Origin: Camelus ferus
Lineage: Eukaryota
Reading direction: 5' to 3'
Assembly (NCBI RefSeq): GCF_009834535.1
Contig: NC_045697.1
Coordinates: 74,960,001 to 75,024,000 of the forward strand
Length of the DNA stretch: 64,000 nucleotides
Part shown: positions 1-12,880 of the stretch, one piece after another
How the letters are laid out: every line of letters begins with the position of its first letter
How positions within the stretch are numbered: position 1 is the first letter of the stretch
Notes under the pieces: model-generated
Databases searched by the model: none
Told to the model about the DNA's origin: nothing
What the model saw: only the letters and a program-made list of their open reading frames with translations
Program-made: the position numbers and the translations under genes

Positions 1-7
1 AAAAGGG

Positions 8-402
8 GTTTTTTTAATTATTTAAATTTTTTTAACTTGAAGTATAGTTGATGTACAATGTTTTGTTAGTTTCAGGTGTCTAGCAAAGTGATTCAGTTGT
101 ACATATAAATACATATATATTTATTCTTTTTCAGGTTCTTTTTCATTATAGGTTATTACAAGCTATTGAATATAGTTCCTTGTGCTATATTGTAGAAATG
201 TATCCATTTTATATATATAGTGGTGTGTATATGTTAATCCTAAACTCCTAATTTATCCCTCCTCTTTCCCCTTTGGTAACCATAAGTTTGTTTTCTATGT
301 CCATGAGTCTATTTCTGGTTTGTAAATAAGTTCATTTGTATCATTTTTAAAAAATTCTGCATATAAGTGATGTCATATGATATTTGTCTTTCTCTGACTT
401 AT
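8..402 (-). mobile_element. LINE-1 3' end fragment
   Basis: T-rich tail, then ttgaagtatagttgatgtacaatg...gtttcaggtgt...gtgattcagtt...ctttggtaaccataagtttgttttctatgtc: reverse-complemented laurasiatherian L1 3'UTR. Confidence 0.85.
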
Positions 403-879
403 GAAGAACACATTTTAAAAGCACACATTATGCTGATTTTATTATTCTGCTAATGGAGGAAGAAAAACCTAAGCCTAAGAGATAGATGAGGAATAAAGAA
501 TAGGGCACTAAGAATTCTTGGTTTTGTTACAAGCTTCACAGCTTACTGATGGTGTCAATATTCTGAAAAGGCTTAACACATTTAAATATTTTTAAATTCT
601 TACTTTCTGTCTTTTTCAACCAAGAAACTTAGCTCTGAGGAAAGCTCTCTTTGGGAAATATGAGTGAGCTTGTGAGTTTTTGGTTACTTGGAAGCCAATT
701 AGCTTTTCCCGCTAAATTTCAAAAATAAATTAATAAAAGTTCTCAGGTTATGGAAGAAAGGCAGCATTTTAAGAAGTAAAAGAAGTTTCCTTTATATCAG
801 TGTGAAGGAATACTTTGGGCCAAAGTAGCTCTTGGTACAATAAAATGATCCTAATTCTACATGTCATTATTCTGATAGC

Positions 880-1257
880 TTTTTTAAAATGCAAGTTTAG
901 GTGATTTACAATATTATATTAATTTCAAATGTATGGCATAGTGATTCAGTATTTTTACTGCTTATTCTTCACTAGAATTTATTACAAGATAAGTCTATAA
1001 TTCCCTGTGTTATACAATATATCCTTGTTGCTTTTCTAGTTTGTACATAGTAGTTTGTATGTCTTAATCCCATATCTCTAATTTGTTCCTCACTCCTCCC
1101 CTTTCCCCATTGGTAACCATTAGTTTGTTTTCTATATCTGTGAGTCCGTTTCTGTTTTGCATATTATGCTTAGTGAAATAAGTCAGGCAGAGAACGACAA
1201 ATACTGTATGATATCACTTGTATGTGGAATCTAAAAAAAAATACAAATGAGTATCTA
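880..1257 (-). mobile_element. LINE-1 3' end with inverted 5' segment
   Basis: 880-1163 is L1 3'UTR in minus orientation. 1164-1257 (ttatgcttagtgaaataagtcaggcagagaacgacaaatactgtatgatatcacttgtatgtggaatctaaaa) is the adjacent L1 sequence in plus orientation. Confidence 0.8.
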
Positions 1258-2904
1258 TGTCCTCATATCGTAATGCTTCTTCCTGAGTATTTTCCTGTGA
1301 GAGTCCTGATATGTCTGAGATCTGGATCCAGAACTCCCATTGGTTCAAAATGAAGTCCTTGTTCCTCTCCACAGTAAATTAAGAATAAAACATTAAGAGG
1401 GAATCCTTTAGTTTTCACGCATTTTAGTAAAAATCATTTTCTATGTAGATGCCTAATCTTTTCCCCAGTCACCTAGCTTGAGTCCTTGAGGAAAATGACT
1501 CCATTTATAGGATACTGTTATAAATTGGTGTTGTGTCTAAAGTGATTTTGCAGCTAGGCAAATGTCAGCTAATGTGGCAAAGAGCAGAATCATGTGTTTT
1601 ACCTTAATATGGTAAAGTTGTCTACTTTTCCTTAATATCCTTTAGGAGGGCCCAGAAACAGAGCTCCTCCAAGGGATGTTAAACACCTGATGATGAATGA
1701 TTCTGCAAGTGATGCTCAGGGATCAAAGTTCTAGCCAGAGAGGAATGATGGAAAAAGTGCATGCTGGCAGAAAAATCAGAGCTGTTTGGGTCTTGGCCAC
1801 CACATTTATACAGAAAAAAATCAAAGAAGTTGAAACTGCTCATCTTGGCTGACTTTCCTACCACCTCCCACTCTTTCCAACCTTCCAAACTCACTTTTTG
1901 GAATATGGACACAGCTGATTCCCTCTGAAAGATGGAAGAGATGGCTACATGTGTCTTGCAGATGGAATAAAATGAGGGTCTGGCATTTCTGGAAATAGAT
2001 GATATTCTACTAATAACTCCTTGAAAGAAATCTCACAAAGCAAGAAAAAGAGAAGGAACATTATAATACATTTGTTGTTGTAAATGGCTCTAGGCCTATG
2101 AAATCATCTGTATTATTTGCATGGATTCTAATGAATTGGTATACATTTTCAGCAATATCAGGACTCATCCCTCCGATGTAGAATAATCAACATTACATAC
2201 TTTAGGTCAGTATGAACATAAGTCAACATACTTGTCCTCCACTGTGTTATCATGCATTTTATTCTCAGAATGAGATGTGAAGCCAATGCAATATTAGTGG
2301 TAGTGGCACTGACTAACTTGTCAGTTACTTGTTTATCTATTTTCATCTGGAAGACCTGTGCTAACTTATAAGTATATAGTAGTTAATAAGCAGCCCTAGT
2401 TCTTTGCCCTCAAAGAACCTAGGAATCCTGGATGAGTTTCATAAGCTCTCTGGACATCTGTCAACAAAGGAGTTGAACTAGGTAGTTTTGAATGTACCTT
2501 CAAGCTCTAAGATGGAATGCTCCTAATCTCAGCCATTGGCATAGAAAGGAGATGAGGACTGTGGTTTCCATACTTGCTCCCAGTTTTTGTTTTTCCATGA
2601 ATATTAGGATGCTGAAGGAGAGACTTCAATAAAAGTAGAAGAAGTACTTCTTTTCACACAGAAAGAACTACTGGAAAGAGAATAAGAGAGAAAAAAAGAA
2701 GGAAGAAATCCTAACTCATAGGATTTTGAAAGTTGTGGCTTCTATTTGGAAAGCTTTGAAAATCAGAAACATATTACTCGGTATCCACCTTCATGTTGCC
2801 TTCAACTAATATTAATCCCATGTTCTATTTGCATAACTCTGTTCTTTTAAGTGATGATTAAGGAGTTCATGAATAACCACTAAGGGACTTCCTGAATTTC
2901 AAGC

Positions 2905-3065
2905 CCTGCTGAAGTGTTTTACTTGCATGAATCCCCACAATCACCTTAGGAGGCAGATACTATAATTACCCTCAATTTCCAGAAGAGAATCAAAAAAGTC
3001 AAATAACTTCTCCAAGGGCAGTATAGTTAGCAAGAGGCAGGCCCAGAATTTGAATGCAGTGTCTG
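2905..3065 (-). mobile_element. MIR SINE fragment
   Basis: aatccccacaatcaccttaggaggcagatactataattaccctcaatttccaga...aaataacttctccaaggg: MIR core. Confidence 0.7.
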
Positions 3066-3288
3066 GCATCACTGCTTCACACTGCGTCAGTCATCCATTA
3101 CCTGACTGAACCACTACTTCCATTGCTTTATGATTTTTCATTACTGTTTATTAGAAAATGGTATTCATGAAAACTTCTTATATAGTCTCTTTTCATCACA
3201 CACTGATGAATGACCAATTAAGATCTTGTCTTTCCTTCCTTTCTGTCATTAGAAGAAAAAGGTAAATAATCATGATTTCAGTTTGCTC

Positions 3289-3749
3289 TTGTTTTAGTTT
3301 CTTACGGCTGATGCAACAAATTACTATACACTAGTGGCTTAAAATAACAAAAATCTATTCTGTCCCAGTTCTGAAAGCCAGAATTCCAAAACCAAGGTGT
3401 TGGCTGGGTTAATTCCTTCTAAAGACTGAAGGAAAACCCATCCCATGCCTCTCTCCTAGTATCTGGTGGCTGTCAAGAATTTTTGATGTTCTACGACTTG
3501 CAGATGGCTCACTTAAATCTCTGCCTTCATGTGCATATGACCTTCTCCCAAGTGACCTCTGTGTCCCAAACTGCTTCTTCTTTCTCTTATGAGTCCAGTT
3601 ATTAAAGTTAGGCCCTACCTTAAATCCAGGATGATCTTTAACTTAGTTACATCTGTAAAGACCCTGTTTCCAAATAAAGTGACATTCACAGGTACTAGAG
3701 ATTAGGACTTGGAAGTATCTTTTAGGGGGACTCTATTCAACCCATTATA
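3289..3749 (-). mobile_element. MaLR solo LTR (MLT1B/C/D-like)
   Basis: ggcttaaaataacaaaaatctattctgtcccagttctgaaagccagaattccaaaaccaaggtgttggc...gaccctgtttccaaataaagtgacattcacaggtact. Confidence 0.85.
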
Positions 3750-5374
3750 GCTCTATTGATTGAAACAATTTAATGGTCAAGATATTTTCTTCATGATGTC
3801 AATCAATGCCTGTCTCATTCTGCTGAATTCACTAATTCAGCAAATATTGATTGAAAACTTCAACTATGGCCAGGTTACAGCAAATAAGAAGACAAACTCC
3901 CTGTGCTATTAGAGGTGGGATTGTGATTGGGAGGGAGGTGGGAGGAGAGACACAACAGAGAAGACCAGTAACTAGTAAATAAACAAGACCATTGCAGAGA
4001 ATGAAAAGTAACTTATGAGTCCTAAGCATCCCCTTAAACATCAGTTATAGCTCTAGATACTGCCAAAAACTGTATGATTTTTTTTTATCAAATCAAATTC
4101 TATTTTGAGTATCATTTCTGTTGCATAAAATCATTCTTGGTATGATAAAGTAGTCAAAAGAAACTATAGACTTCTTTGTCATTACTCATCTAACATGTCA
4201 GAAAAGTACTTATTCATGAAAGGAATAACATACTAGATTATCTGATTTCCCTCGGTAATTGGAGGAAGTTGAATTGGGGAAAAATAACTAAAGCATCAAT
4301 TCACCAAGCATCAATTTCCCTAATTCCCAAGCAGTACAACATTGTAAGATTACTACCAAAAATGTCCTCAGGGATCTTTCTCTATAGGAACATAAAATTT
4401 TTTGAAAAAATTCAACCCACTGTAACTGGTCATATTTTATTCATTAATTATAATTGCAAAATTTTTGCAGAATATATTGGCTAATGGCTTAAAACTTGTT
4501 ATTCAGGAAGTAATTCATTGAGCCTAAGATGACATCTTAAAACTCAGTTTAAGTTCAAATGACACCAGAACCTTAACATTAGTCTCTACAAAGCACCTGT
4601 CTAAGGACAACCTTATCCCATGGCTGTATAACCACTGGGTACAAGAAAAACCTTTGGTGATGTTTTGTAAATTACTGAGAACTTGTTCTGGCATACTTTT
4701 TGGATTTGTGGTTATTATATGTCCATTTTCTTTCCCCACAAACTATATTTATTTTGTTGAATTTCGGTAATTGGGTACAAGCAGCTGGAGTTATTTTACT
4801 TTAGTTCATGAACCCTTTTATGGTGCTAAAAATTAAAAAAGCTCCAATGTTCATTCTAACTTGAAATACAAATTCAAGTGAGAGCCTAGTTTATTCTGAA
4901 ATAGAGGTTTGGCTGTGCTTATGGTTAAACCAGTGCTTGTTTCAGCGAATAGTTCAACTCCACACCTTGCTGGCTTGCTGGAGAACTCATTCTTAGTTAT
5001 CTGGTCAGGAAAGAGAAAGGTTGTGATCTGTCCTTTCATTAGGAGTTTAGACATCCCCTCTGTCTATAGGTAGTGAGGAAATGATTTTTTGGAAGTCTTT
5101 TAGTGATAAGTTTTACAAAAACTATTTCGTAAGATGCTACCATTCCAGTTTTTTTTTTTTTTAACTGAATTAACAAAAGAAGGTAAAAGAAACAGTAAGG
5201 AGTAAAAATGTAAAAAATAGTAGAATACAAAACAGGGGGATGGAATTAACTCAAACAACTATGTTTAATGAGTTTGTGCTGCTATTCCTTTGCCCAACAA
5301 TAAGATATGATGTCTAAAAAGTTGTGATGCTGGTAAATTTGTCTAGGTCTACCTCTTCCAAAACTTTTATCTCT

Positions 5375-5645
5375 ATTCATTGGACCTCTGAAGAGTGCCT
5401 GCTGTGTGCTAGGTGCTGTAGTACATACTTGGTGGATGGAGGTGGACTAAACACATATAAGGACTTGGGTGGCAGACGTTAAACAAGAATATGCATGAAC
5501 AAATTTGCAAACAAATACTTTCATATAGTGCTAAGTGCTATGAAGCAATAAATAGATTGAAATGATGAACATTAACCAGAGATATTTAGATAAGGTATTA
5601 AAGAAATATTTTACTGAGAAGAAGTCATTTAGCTAAGTGCCAAGT
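5375..5645 (-). mobile_element. L2 LINE fragment
   Basis: gagtgcctgctgtgtgctaggtgctg...atagtgctaagtgctatgaagcaataaa. Confidence 0.6.
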
Positions 5646-6497
5646 GCGTAGGCTAAGTGCCAACTCAATTTATACATTAGAAGTTCAACTGGACTTTCAC
5701 ATAACTAGTAAGGATTAGGGGTTATTAACCTGCGACCTCAGAACTGAAAGAGGGTAAATTTGGTGTCTTATAGCAGGATTAACTGGGTGATTTATATATA
5801 ATCTAAATAAATAAATATCATCATTTACTAAGTAGACTGTTTCTATGGAATGGATTGTAATGGCTTTCCATCTGGGTTCACTCACATTATATGCCTTTGA
5901 TCTACTCTGTTTTGCCTTCCTGATCAGAGGAATTCTAACTAGATTGGAAATCTTGCACTTTTTAAACTTTGAGAGTTAATCCGTTGATCCATGTGTTAAA
6001 TTACACCACTTAGACCAAATCTTTTGTGGGGGGAATTTTCAAGAGTTATGAAAGCATTAGTGGACTGAATGTACTGCTTTGAGGCGTTCATCTAGTACAA
6101 AATGCTCCTTTGTGAAACCTTTATCATTCTCAGTATACTCAAGTATTGTTCCTCAATTTTTTATCTGTATCATGGGTATGATGAGACTATGTACTTAATA
6201 TTATGCTATAAACTGTTAACTGCATTTCTAAGAACTCTTGAGTTGATATATAACAATTAAACAATTATTTCAATGTAAAAAAAGGGGAATTATAAATGTA
6301 GTTTTAGCCTTGTAGTTGCATGTTATTTTTCTTATAGGAATTCCATTAATAATTTAACAGCTAATAATGCACAGCTAAAAATCAAAGCAACACTGAACAG
6401 GACATATAACTTTTTCTTCCCTTTCTCTACCACCTCCAACACTGTTGTTGGCACATTGTTTCTTATACTTTCTAATTACTTGCACAGGTTTAATCCT

Positions 6498-6730
6498 GGC
6501 CAACATTTATTAAGCACCCACTATGTGCCAAGCATCACTGGAAGCACATTACAAATATTTTCTCATTTAATCTTCACAGTGACCTCATGGATAGGCATCT
6601 GTTAACCTCATTTTCCAGACATGGAAATTAAAGCATAGGGTGGTTAAGTACCTTGCCTAAGTTCACAAAATTGGCAAGTGTGACTATGGAGCATAAAAGC
6701 CTAACCTCTCTAGATTGCAACCCCTATGCT
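6498..6730 (-). mobile_element. MIR SINE
   Basis: aacatttattaagcacccactatgtgccaagca...tctcatttaatcttcacagt...cattttccagacatggaaattaaagcatagggtggttaagtaccttgcctaagttcaca. Confidence 0.85.
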
Positions 6731-8519
6731 CATTTCTGGTTCCTGATAGAAGTATGGGAATCTCCTTATAATTGATTAAGGCAAGGCTATCAGTGCAAAG
6801 CAAAGAATGTTTCCTCAACAGCTCAGTCCTATTGTATCTGCTCTATGAGAAGCAGACTGGGAGAAAGTCCTGTTAAAAAAGAATATCATTATTGTTAATA
6901 AGTTACATTTGTAAGGTGTTTCTTTTCATTTAAACTTATTTATAAAAGGACCTGACCATTCTGATAGGTATTTTCAGTAGGAAAACTTCTGAGTGGAATT
7001 GGGTGGTATAGATGGTACTGAAGGCGCAGGCAATATGGATGAAAAGGGCCTATAGACAAGCCAGAAGAGGCCTTACTCATTTATACTTAAATAAATCCAT
7101 ATGACTTAAAATATGACTCTAATTATATGAATTATTATTCCTAATTCTGATATGTTAAAAGGGATTACCCTGAAACATTCATCATGCACAGCCATGCACA
7201 CCACCAATGATGGTTTGGATTCTGGCAGCTTAACTATGAAATTCCTCCTCCTTTTAAGATTGTATGCCCCTGTTACAGAGTTTAAAATACATGATGAAAG
7301 GAAAATGCCACATATTTCTTATACAATTTAAAAAATATGCCTCTAAATGTTCTGCCAATAAAGCTTGCATTAGGTGCTTCTCTGTTCATAATATAAAATA
7401 CCCACCTGGAGATCAGAAACCATTTTAACACATTGGAAGTTTTCTTTTCCTAGTCCCTTGAAAAATTGAGTTCTGCTGTGTCAACTTGTCTAAGTCTGCC
7501 CTGGGCTACTCTTGATGATGGAATTCCTAGAATAAACACCAAGGATGATGAAAGGTAAACTGAACTGAATTTCTCCTGAACTTGAATGAGGTTGAGAGAT
7601 CACTCTGCAAATTATTTCCAAGCTAAGAATTCATTTCAGTTGCTGCTATTATTGTAATCCATCTATGCATAAAGTGAGAGAAAATTTTATTACAAAAAAT
7701 GACTAGTTTATGAAAGAATTTAAGGAAGATGAACATTTGGAGAGAGCATTACTAAGGTCTACAGAAACATTGTGAGAGATGTAACAAACATAGACAGCAT
7801 TGATTTGTGTTAATGATGTCTGTTTTTGAGAACTTTGTTGGTAGAAGCAATCCTCTAAAAGGCATATGCATCACTTGAAACACCCTGGGGTAAATCTGAG
7901 TAAAACTAAAGGAAAAAAATTGTATAGATGAACATTTAGGCAATATGTCTATAGAGTCAGGCACTAGAGGAAATGATGGTCATTGGAATTCCTTCCTTTA
8001 ATTTGTATTTAATCTGTTTGAGAGTTTTGTTAATAGCAGAATAGGTTTTGTTGAAGTCACTATTTATCACACTGCATTATGTAGCTCTACCTGATATTTT
8101 TCTTGTTTATTCATTCATTCTGTCTTCAGTTATTTGATTATGATCTATTTTCTTCTATAAATATAATCCTTGTAAGAGCAAGACTTTTCAATTCACTCCT
8201 CCCAATATCCTGAGTGTGGTAGGAACCATGACTGACACCCATCAATATGGAAAGGAGCAAGTTCATTTCTTCCCAGCACTACCTAGAACACTAGCACAGA
8301 TAGCATTTGTCAGGCAAATAAAATAAATAGGAATTACCATTTCTGACACCAACAGAGTTAGTTGCAAGTTGATGATAGAAAAATAACTCCAGTGAAAAAT
8401 TCATTCCAGAAGAAATCAATGAATACTTATGTTTGATTTTTGTCCTTTAGACTATAAGACACTGTACAAAGTGTAGTGCTTTGGAAACAGAAGTTGGGGA
8501 GGGTGGTTGTTAATAAATA

Positions 8520-8803
8520 TATCCCCAGGCATCTGTGGAGATTGGTTCTAGGAGCTCCCACAGATACTAAAATTCACAGATGCTCAAGTACCTTCTATAA
8601 AATGGTGTAGTTCAGTCGGCCCTCTCTATCTGTGTGTTTCACATCCTTGGATTCAACCAATCTCAAATGTTCGAAACCCCTACAAATTCAGAAGACCAGA
8701 GGGCTGACTGTATATTATTGAAACAAACAAACAAACAAACAAATAAACTGTGTTATAAGCAGACCTGCCCAGTTCAAACCCTATTTATTCAAGGATAAAT
8801 GGT
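8520..8803 (+). mobile_element. TcMar-Tigger-derived MITE (MER2/MER2B-like)
   Basis: gattggttctaggagctcccacagatactaaaattcacagatgctcaagtaccttctataaaatggtgtag...cagttcaaaccctatttattcaagg. Confidence 0.8.
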
Positions 8804-8829
8804 GATGCTGACTCAGCACCTTCTTTGAA

Positions 8830-9290
8830 CAAAAGAGTATCTGAGTGGCTCCTCTGTGTTGAATGTCCATAGAAGGCATATATGGCGGGATGGTGTTTAG
8901 ACTAAGATCCTAAAGAAAAGGAAAACATTGATAAACACATGAAAGAGCATTCCCTGTAGGGACAGCAGCTAGTATGAAGGCCTGGTGAGAATGAGAGAAA
9001 CCATTGGAAAGTTATAATAATATCTATAGTGTGATACAGTTTAGGTTTATAAAATCACTCTGGCTGGTATGTGGACTAAAGGTTGTAGAGAGTTAAGAAT
9101 GGAAGCAGTGAGACCATTTTGGAGGCTGCTTTACTAGTGCGGGTGAGAGAGGACAGTAGTGTGGACTTGAGTCATAGTGGTGTGGCCAGGAGGAAGTAGA
9201 CAGATTCAGGACAGGTTTGGAAGTAGAATCAGTAGAGTTGCTTCACTGGATGTGGGAAAGGAGAGAAAAAGGAATCTGGGAGAATGCACA
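8830..9290 (-). mobile_element. L2 LINE fragments
   Basis: aaatcactctggctggtatgtggact...ggaagcagtgagaccattttggaggctgct...ggtgagagaggacagtagtgtggact. Confidence 0.7.
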
Positions 9291-9429
9291 GGAAAGTAGG
9301 ACTGGAGGTTCTGGGTGAACCTTACAGGTGGCTATAAAAAATCCAGGAAACCTTGAGAAGTGACTATCAGAAGGATCAACGTGGATATTACAAAGACTAA
9401 TCAGAGATGAAATACTAAAATATTCATAG

Positions 9430-9600
9430 TAAATATTTATTGAGTTCTTACTGGGGGTAGAGCTAAATACTTCATGTACATTATGTCATTTATTCTGAAA
9501 AACAAAATAAAAATCATGTTAAGTGGGTATTATCACTTTCATTTTATAGATGAGAGAACAGAGGCTTAGTTAAGTGTCCAGATCATATAAATGGAGAGAA
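9430..9600 (-). mobile_element. MIR fragment
   Basis: aaatatttattgagttcttact...tattatcactttcattttatagatgagagaacagaggcttag. Confidence 0.7.
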
Positions 9601-11086
9601 GATGGGTGCAAAATCCTTCAGAACACTAACTGCTCCCTTTCTCAGACACTTTTGGACTCCGCTTCAGGGAAACATGTGAATAAGTGCTTAGAGAATGAAT
9701 GAGAAATTTCACAAAAGAAGCGCTGGGCAGGTTGCTATAGCCAGGCTCCCGGCCCACACATAAATCTGACCCTAAGTTCATTCTGTTTTCAATAGACATA
9801 TTTTAGAATATTATGGAATTACTAATATATGCACTGAACACTGTGCACAAAGCAAGACACTGGGATTGTCTGACTGAAGGGTGTGAAAAAATGAAGAAGG
9901 TACTACTTCCAAGCGCTTATAAGCAAAATGTGAAGTTGCTTAACAAGTGTCTGGTATTTAGAAAGCATTCGACACATGTGTGTTAATTACATTTTTTTAA
10001 AAAAGCTGAGATTGTTAATAAGGCAATCATGAGAGAACAGTGAGGATTTGAAAGCATTGGTCAAGGCTTCCAAAGTAGATAGGAATTACTCTGATTAAAA
10101 CATCAAGGGAAGCCTTCAGGTAGCTGTGGGAGCAATTACTTCCACATCTCTCACTCAGTTACCATGACTGTTGGCTCTAAGGGAGAGCCGTGATCCTATT
10201 TCCTAGGCATAAACTTCACATTCTTGAACTGATAATACTTTGCACTATCCCTATCTCACCTTCACTTAATGCCAGACTGTCTAAAGTGTTAAGGAAACTG
10301 AAAGAAAAAACAAAGAAGAACTTACGAAGCAAATTGAGGTTGGGCAAAGTTGCATAGTTTTGTGAACTTTTGTGCTGCTTTCTCTTTTCTGAGCTATTGC
10401 AGTTCTTTCTCTGGCTTAATCAGCAGAAGATTCCCTTCTCTCCCTGGTTCAAGTAATTATCCTGGTACAGGGTTAGGGATGCCTCCTGTTCTAGGAAAGA
10501 GGTAGTTGACATAACCTAAGGCTATTTGATTCCCCTCTGGGTCTTGCTAAGATTTCATTATACTTGCTTTTCAGAAGCAAGGCACTTTCAACAGGAATTG
10601 GTGGCCACATTCTAGCACAGGAGCAGTTTCTTTCACAGCATTTTATTATTTCATTTGTGATCTGCATGAACAATCATGAGCTACTTCCTGGTTCAGCTTA
10701 AAAAGTCCTGCTTTCTGTACTGAGGGGCGAGGGGCAGAGAAGAAATTGGCAAGGGAGAAGTTTGGTGTGATCCAGTGACTCAAAAGTTCATCTCTAACTT
10801 TTATTGTCAGATAATGTTTAAACACTTCTTGCTTTTGCTTTCTCTCTGGGACCATTTATAATTTTTTCTAAAATCCTTGCATCCTTTACCTCCCTATGCG
10901 TTCAACATCTTCTCCTCTAACTTCTGTTGAGAGTATAAGGTGTCAATAACATGCTATTTAGGTGAAACTCCATTATCCTTTCCTTTATTGGGTTTGTCAT
11001 TCCCTATTGTCTATCCATTCAAATAGCTATGCCTACAGGGCTTTGATCTTCTTTCAGTTTAGGCCACATTATTATTTTCCTTTTTT

Positions 11087-11239
11087 TCCTCAAGTTTTAA
11101 AAAAATTTCATTAATTTTTTTGGGGGAAGAGGTAATTAGGGTTTAATTTATTTATTTTTTAATGGAGATACTGGGGATTAAACCCAGGACCTTGCACATG
11201 CTAAGCACACACTCTACCACTGAGCAATACCTCTCCCCC
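11087..11239 (-). mobile_element. tRNA-derived SINE, camelid Vic-1-like
   Basis: Minus strand reads GGGGGAGAGGTATTGCTCAGTGGTAGAGTGTGTGCTTAGCATGTGCAAGGTCCTGGGTTTAATCCCCAGTATCTCC (Pol III A box and decayed B box), then an A-rich linker, CCTAATTACCTCTTCCCCC and an A tail. Decayed TSD tattttcctttttt (11073-11086) / tacttccctttttt (11240-11253). Confidence 0.85.
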
Positions 11240-12261
11240 TACTTCCCTTTTTTACCTCCTGTCCTGTTATCAATAGATACGGACAGACTTGTTTGTAATA
11301 TTACACCTGGTTTGTAAGATAACTCTTCCTTCCCAGAGTTTCTGACTTTCCGCTGGATTGCTGCTTTCTCATTTAAAAGCCAAGATTTTTATTAGTATAA
11401 GTTTTATTTGTCCAATCTAAAAATGCAAACTATAGAATTTTGCTACTATCTGGAGCTCCTGTACATTTAATGATTTCATTTAAATTATATCTCCCATCTG
11501 TACAAGAGGTTCCTTTTTTTCTACCAGAAAAGATAGACTTCTGTTCTTCTTAGTTTGCTCTTGAAACGCAGTATTTGTATTTTCATAGTCTTCAAGCTGT
11601 AATTTTGGTTTATTACTGTGATCATTTTCTTTATTGGAGTTGGTTGGAAATGACTGTCTCAAGGCAATTAGGGTAAAATTGAGAAGTAATCTCAGAAACA
11701 AGATACATAAGGAAGAGGATTTGCTTTATGAAGAGAGGAAAAACACTGAAGACAACACATATTGTCTTATCTTATGGTTCATAAGTAATTGTTCAATATA
11801 AGTAATAATTTTCTAAAGCATATGGACTTATCCAATTATCAATTAATTGTAACCTGCCCTAAGGAGAAAAGTAAGCATATGTCACACTGTATCTTACTTT
11901 ATTTTACTACCTCTTAATGAACCAATGCACACCCCAGTAAGTCCATTCTTATTTTTCTGACGGAACTGGGTTGAACACATAAATTCACTCATCCAGTCAC
12001 TCTTTACAATGTAAAGACCTCTATCTCTCAGCTCTGGATTCTGCTGATCAGACTTGTTGGTGTATAACAAAACATCACTAACATAAATAAAAACTCTTGC
12101 TTACAATTCTGGCTTTCTTTGATCTTGGCTGGTCAAATGCTGTGGCAGCTGCTAAGAAGCAAATAAGAAAAAAAATCTAAATACAACCCCGACTTTTCCA
12201 CTTAAGCTGTAGTACTATAATAAGAAAAAAATCCACAAGAGCCCCTCAAAAACCACAACCA

Positions 12262-12639
12262 CTGCTGTGGACTGGATTATGTTTCCCTCAAATTCACAGG
12301 TTGAAGTCCTAACCCCTGAGGTGACTGTCTGGAACAGGGCTTTTGAAAGTAATTAAGCTCAAATGAGGTCTTAAAGGTGAGGTTCTAATCCAATAGGATT
12401 GGTGGTCTAAAAGAAGAGGAAGAGAGAGAGATATTTCTCTCTCTCCTTCACTGCACATGCATTGAAAAGAGGCTACGTGAAGACACAGGGAGAAGACTTG
12501 CAGACAGCTCTCACCAGAAACTGACTGTGCTGGACCTTGGTCTAGGAGGTCTAGCCTCCACAAGAGTGAGAAATAAATGTCTGTTGATTATGCTTCCCAG
12601 TCTGGTATTTTGTTATGGCGGCATGAGCAGACGAATACA
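12262..12639 (+). mobile_element. MaLR solo LTR (MLT1B-like)
   Basis: tgctgtggactggattatgtttccctcaaattcacaggttgaagtcctaacccc...aataaatgtctgttg...tggtattttgttatggcggcatgagcagacgaataca; TG...CA ends. Confidence 0.88.
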
Positions 12640-12831
12640 ACTAACCTTAGAAAGAACCACATGAAAGAGAGGACAGAGTTCTTCTAGGACTGGGGGGATG
12701 TAGTTTTAATGAAAACTTTTCTTAACATTTTCCAAGAGGCTCTTTCTTCTGTCCCTTCTCTCAAAATGTATACTTACCCAGTGAATAGAATGTTCATAAA
12801 ATTTATTACCTAAATAAGCACAGTTTTTATA

Positions 12832-12880
12832 ACTGTAAACTGGGACCATCCAGGGCAAACTGAGACATATTGTAACCCTC
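12832..12880. mobile_element. hAT-Blackjack (MER94/MER81-like) terminal fragment
   Basis: taaactgggaccatccagggcaaactgagacatattgtaaccct resembles the MER94-type terminus. Confidence 0.5.

Noticed and set aside
11165..11239. tRNA gene
   Set aside because: It is the tRNA-derived head of a SINE, with a decayed B box, an A-rich tail and a TSD.
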